A DNA stretch of 64,000 nucleotides, from assembly GCA_035542115.1 (NCBI GenBank), contig DATKMC010000028.1:2251-66250 (forward strand), given 5' to 3'. The translations under genes and the position numbers were made by a program. This document shows, one piece after another, positions 63,926 through 64,000 of the stretch (position 1 is its first letter; every line of letters begins with the position of its first letter). The notes under the pieces were generated by a model, which was not told where the DNA came from, ran no database searches, and was given only the letters and a program-made list of their open reading frames with translations. Source of the stretch: Methanomicrobiales archaeon. GTDB lineage: Archaea > Halobacteriota > Methanomicrobia > Methanomicrobiales > JACTUA01.

Positions 63926-64000
63926 TTATGTTGGCCCTCCGATAAGCATCGGGTATAGAAACACATTACGAGTCAGGTATGCATATAGGTTATTCGGTTT

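Overview
High-GC (about 65-68%) chromosomal segment of a methanogenic euryarchaeon, Methanomicrobiales-like; the species cannot be named from sequence alone. The archaeal/methanogen assignment rests on DKFP-route aromatic biosynthesis genes (ADH synthase, DHQ synthase II), PAN, aMBF1, archaeosine genes (ArcTGT, ArcS), a beta-RFAP-synthase-like GHMP protein, Trm-G10 and archaeal PheT. I support about 55 protein genes, most of them housekeeping. I found no rRNA, tRNA, CRISPR array, transposase or integrase. The centrepiece is an 8.1-kb translationally coupled aromatic amino acid operon (13067-21177): two tandem class I aldolase paralogs, aroB', tyrA, pheA, aroA, a P-loop AroK fused to AroE, aroC and a small Cys-rich ORF. 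aroD lies nearby on the opposite strand, directly downstream of an 879-aa U32-family protein. No classical defence or mobile system is visible. The best candidates for undescribed biology are: (1) the U32-aroD linkage to prephenate synthesis, suggesting an anaerobic prephenate-dependent hydroxylase; (2) AMMECR1 apparently co-transcribed with tgtA and arcS; (3) a DUF2148 plus N-terminally extended GHMP gene pair; (4) GC-rich, hairpin-laden intergenic repeats, with one clear ~105-nt pair at 12.5 kb and 55.5 kb; (5) a perfect 12-bp inverted repeat plus T-arm-like hairpin at 32.35 kb. Compositionally atypical segments include a 1070-aa Big/vWA surface protein behind a 260-nt ~27% GC tract, and a patchy lower-GC region at 59.2-64 kb. 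That region carries a bacterial-type class II fumarase and several small membrane proteins. All functional calls come from motif and family recognition by eye; no database search was run.
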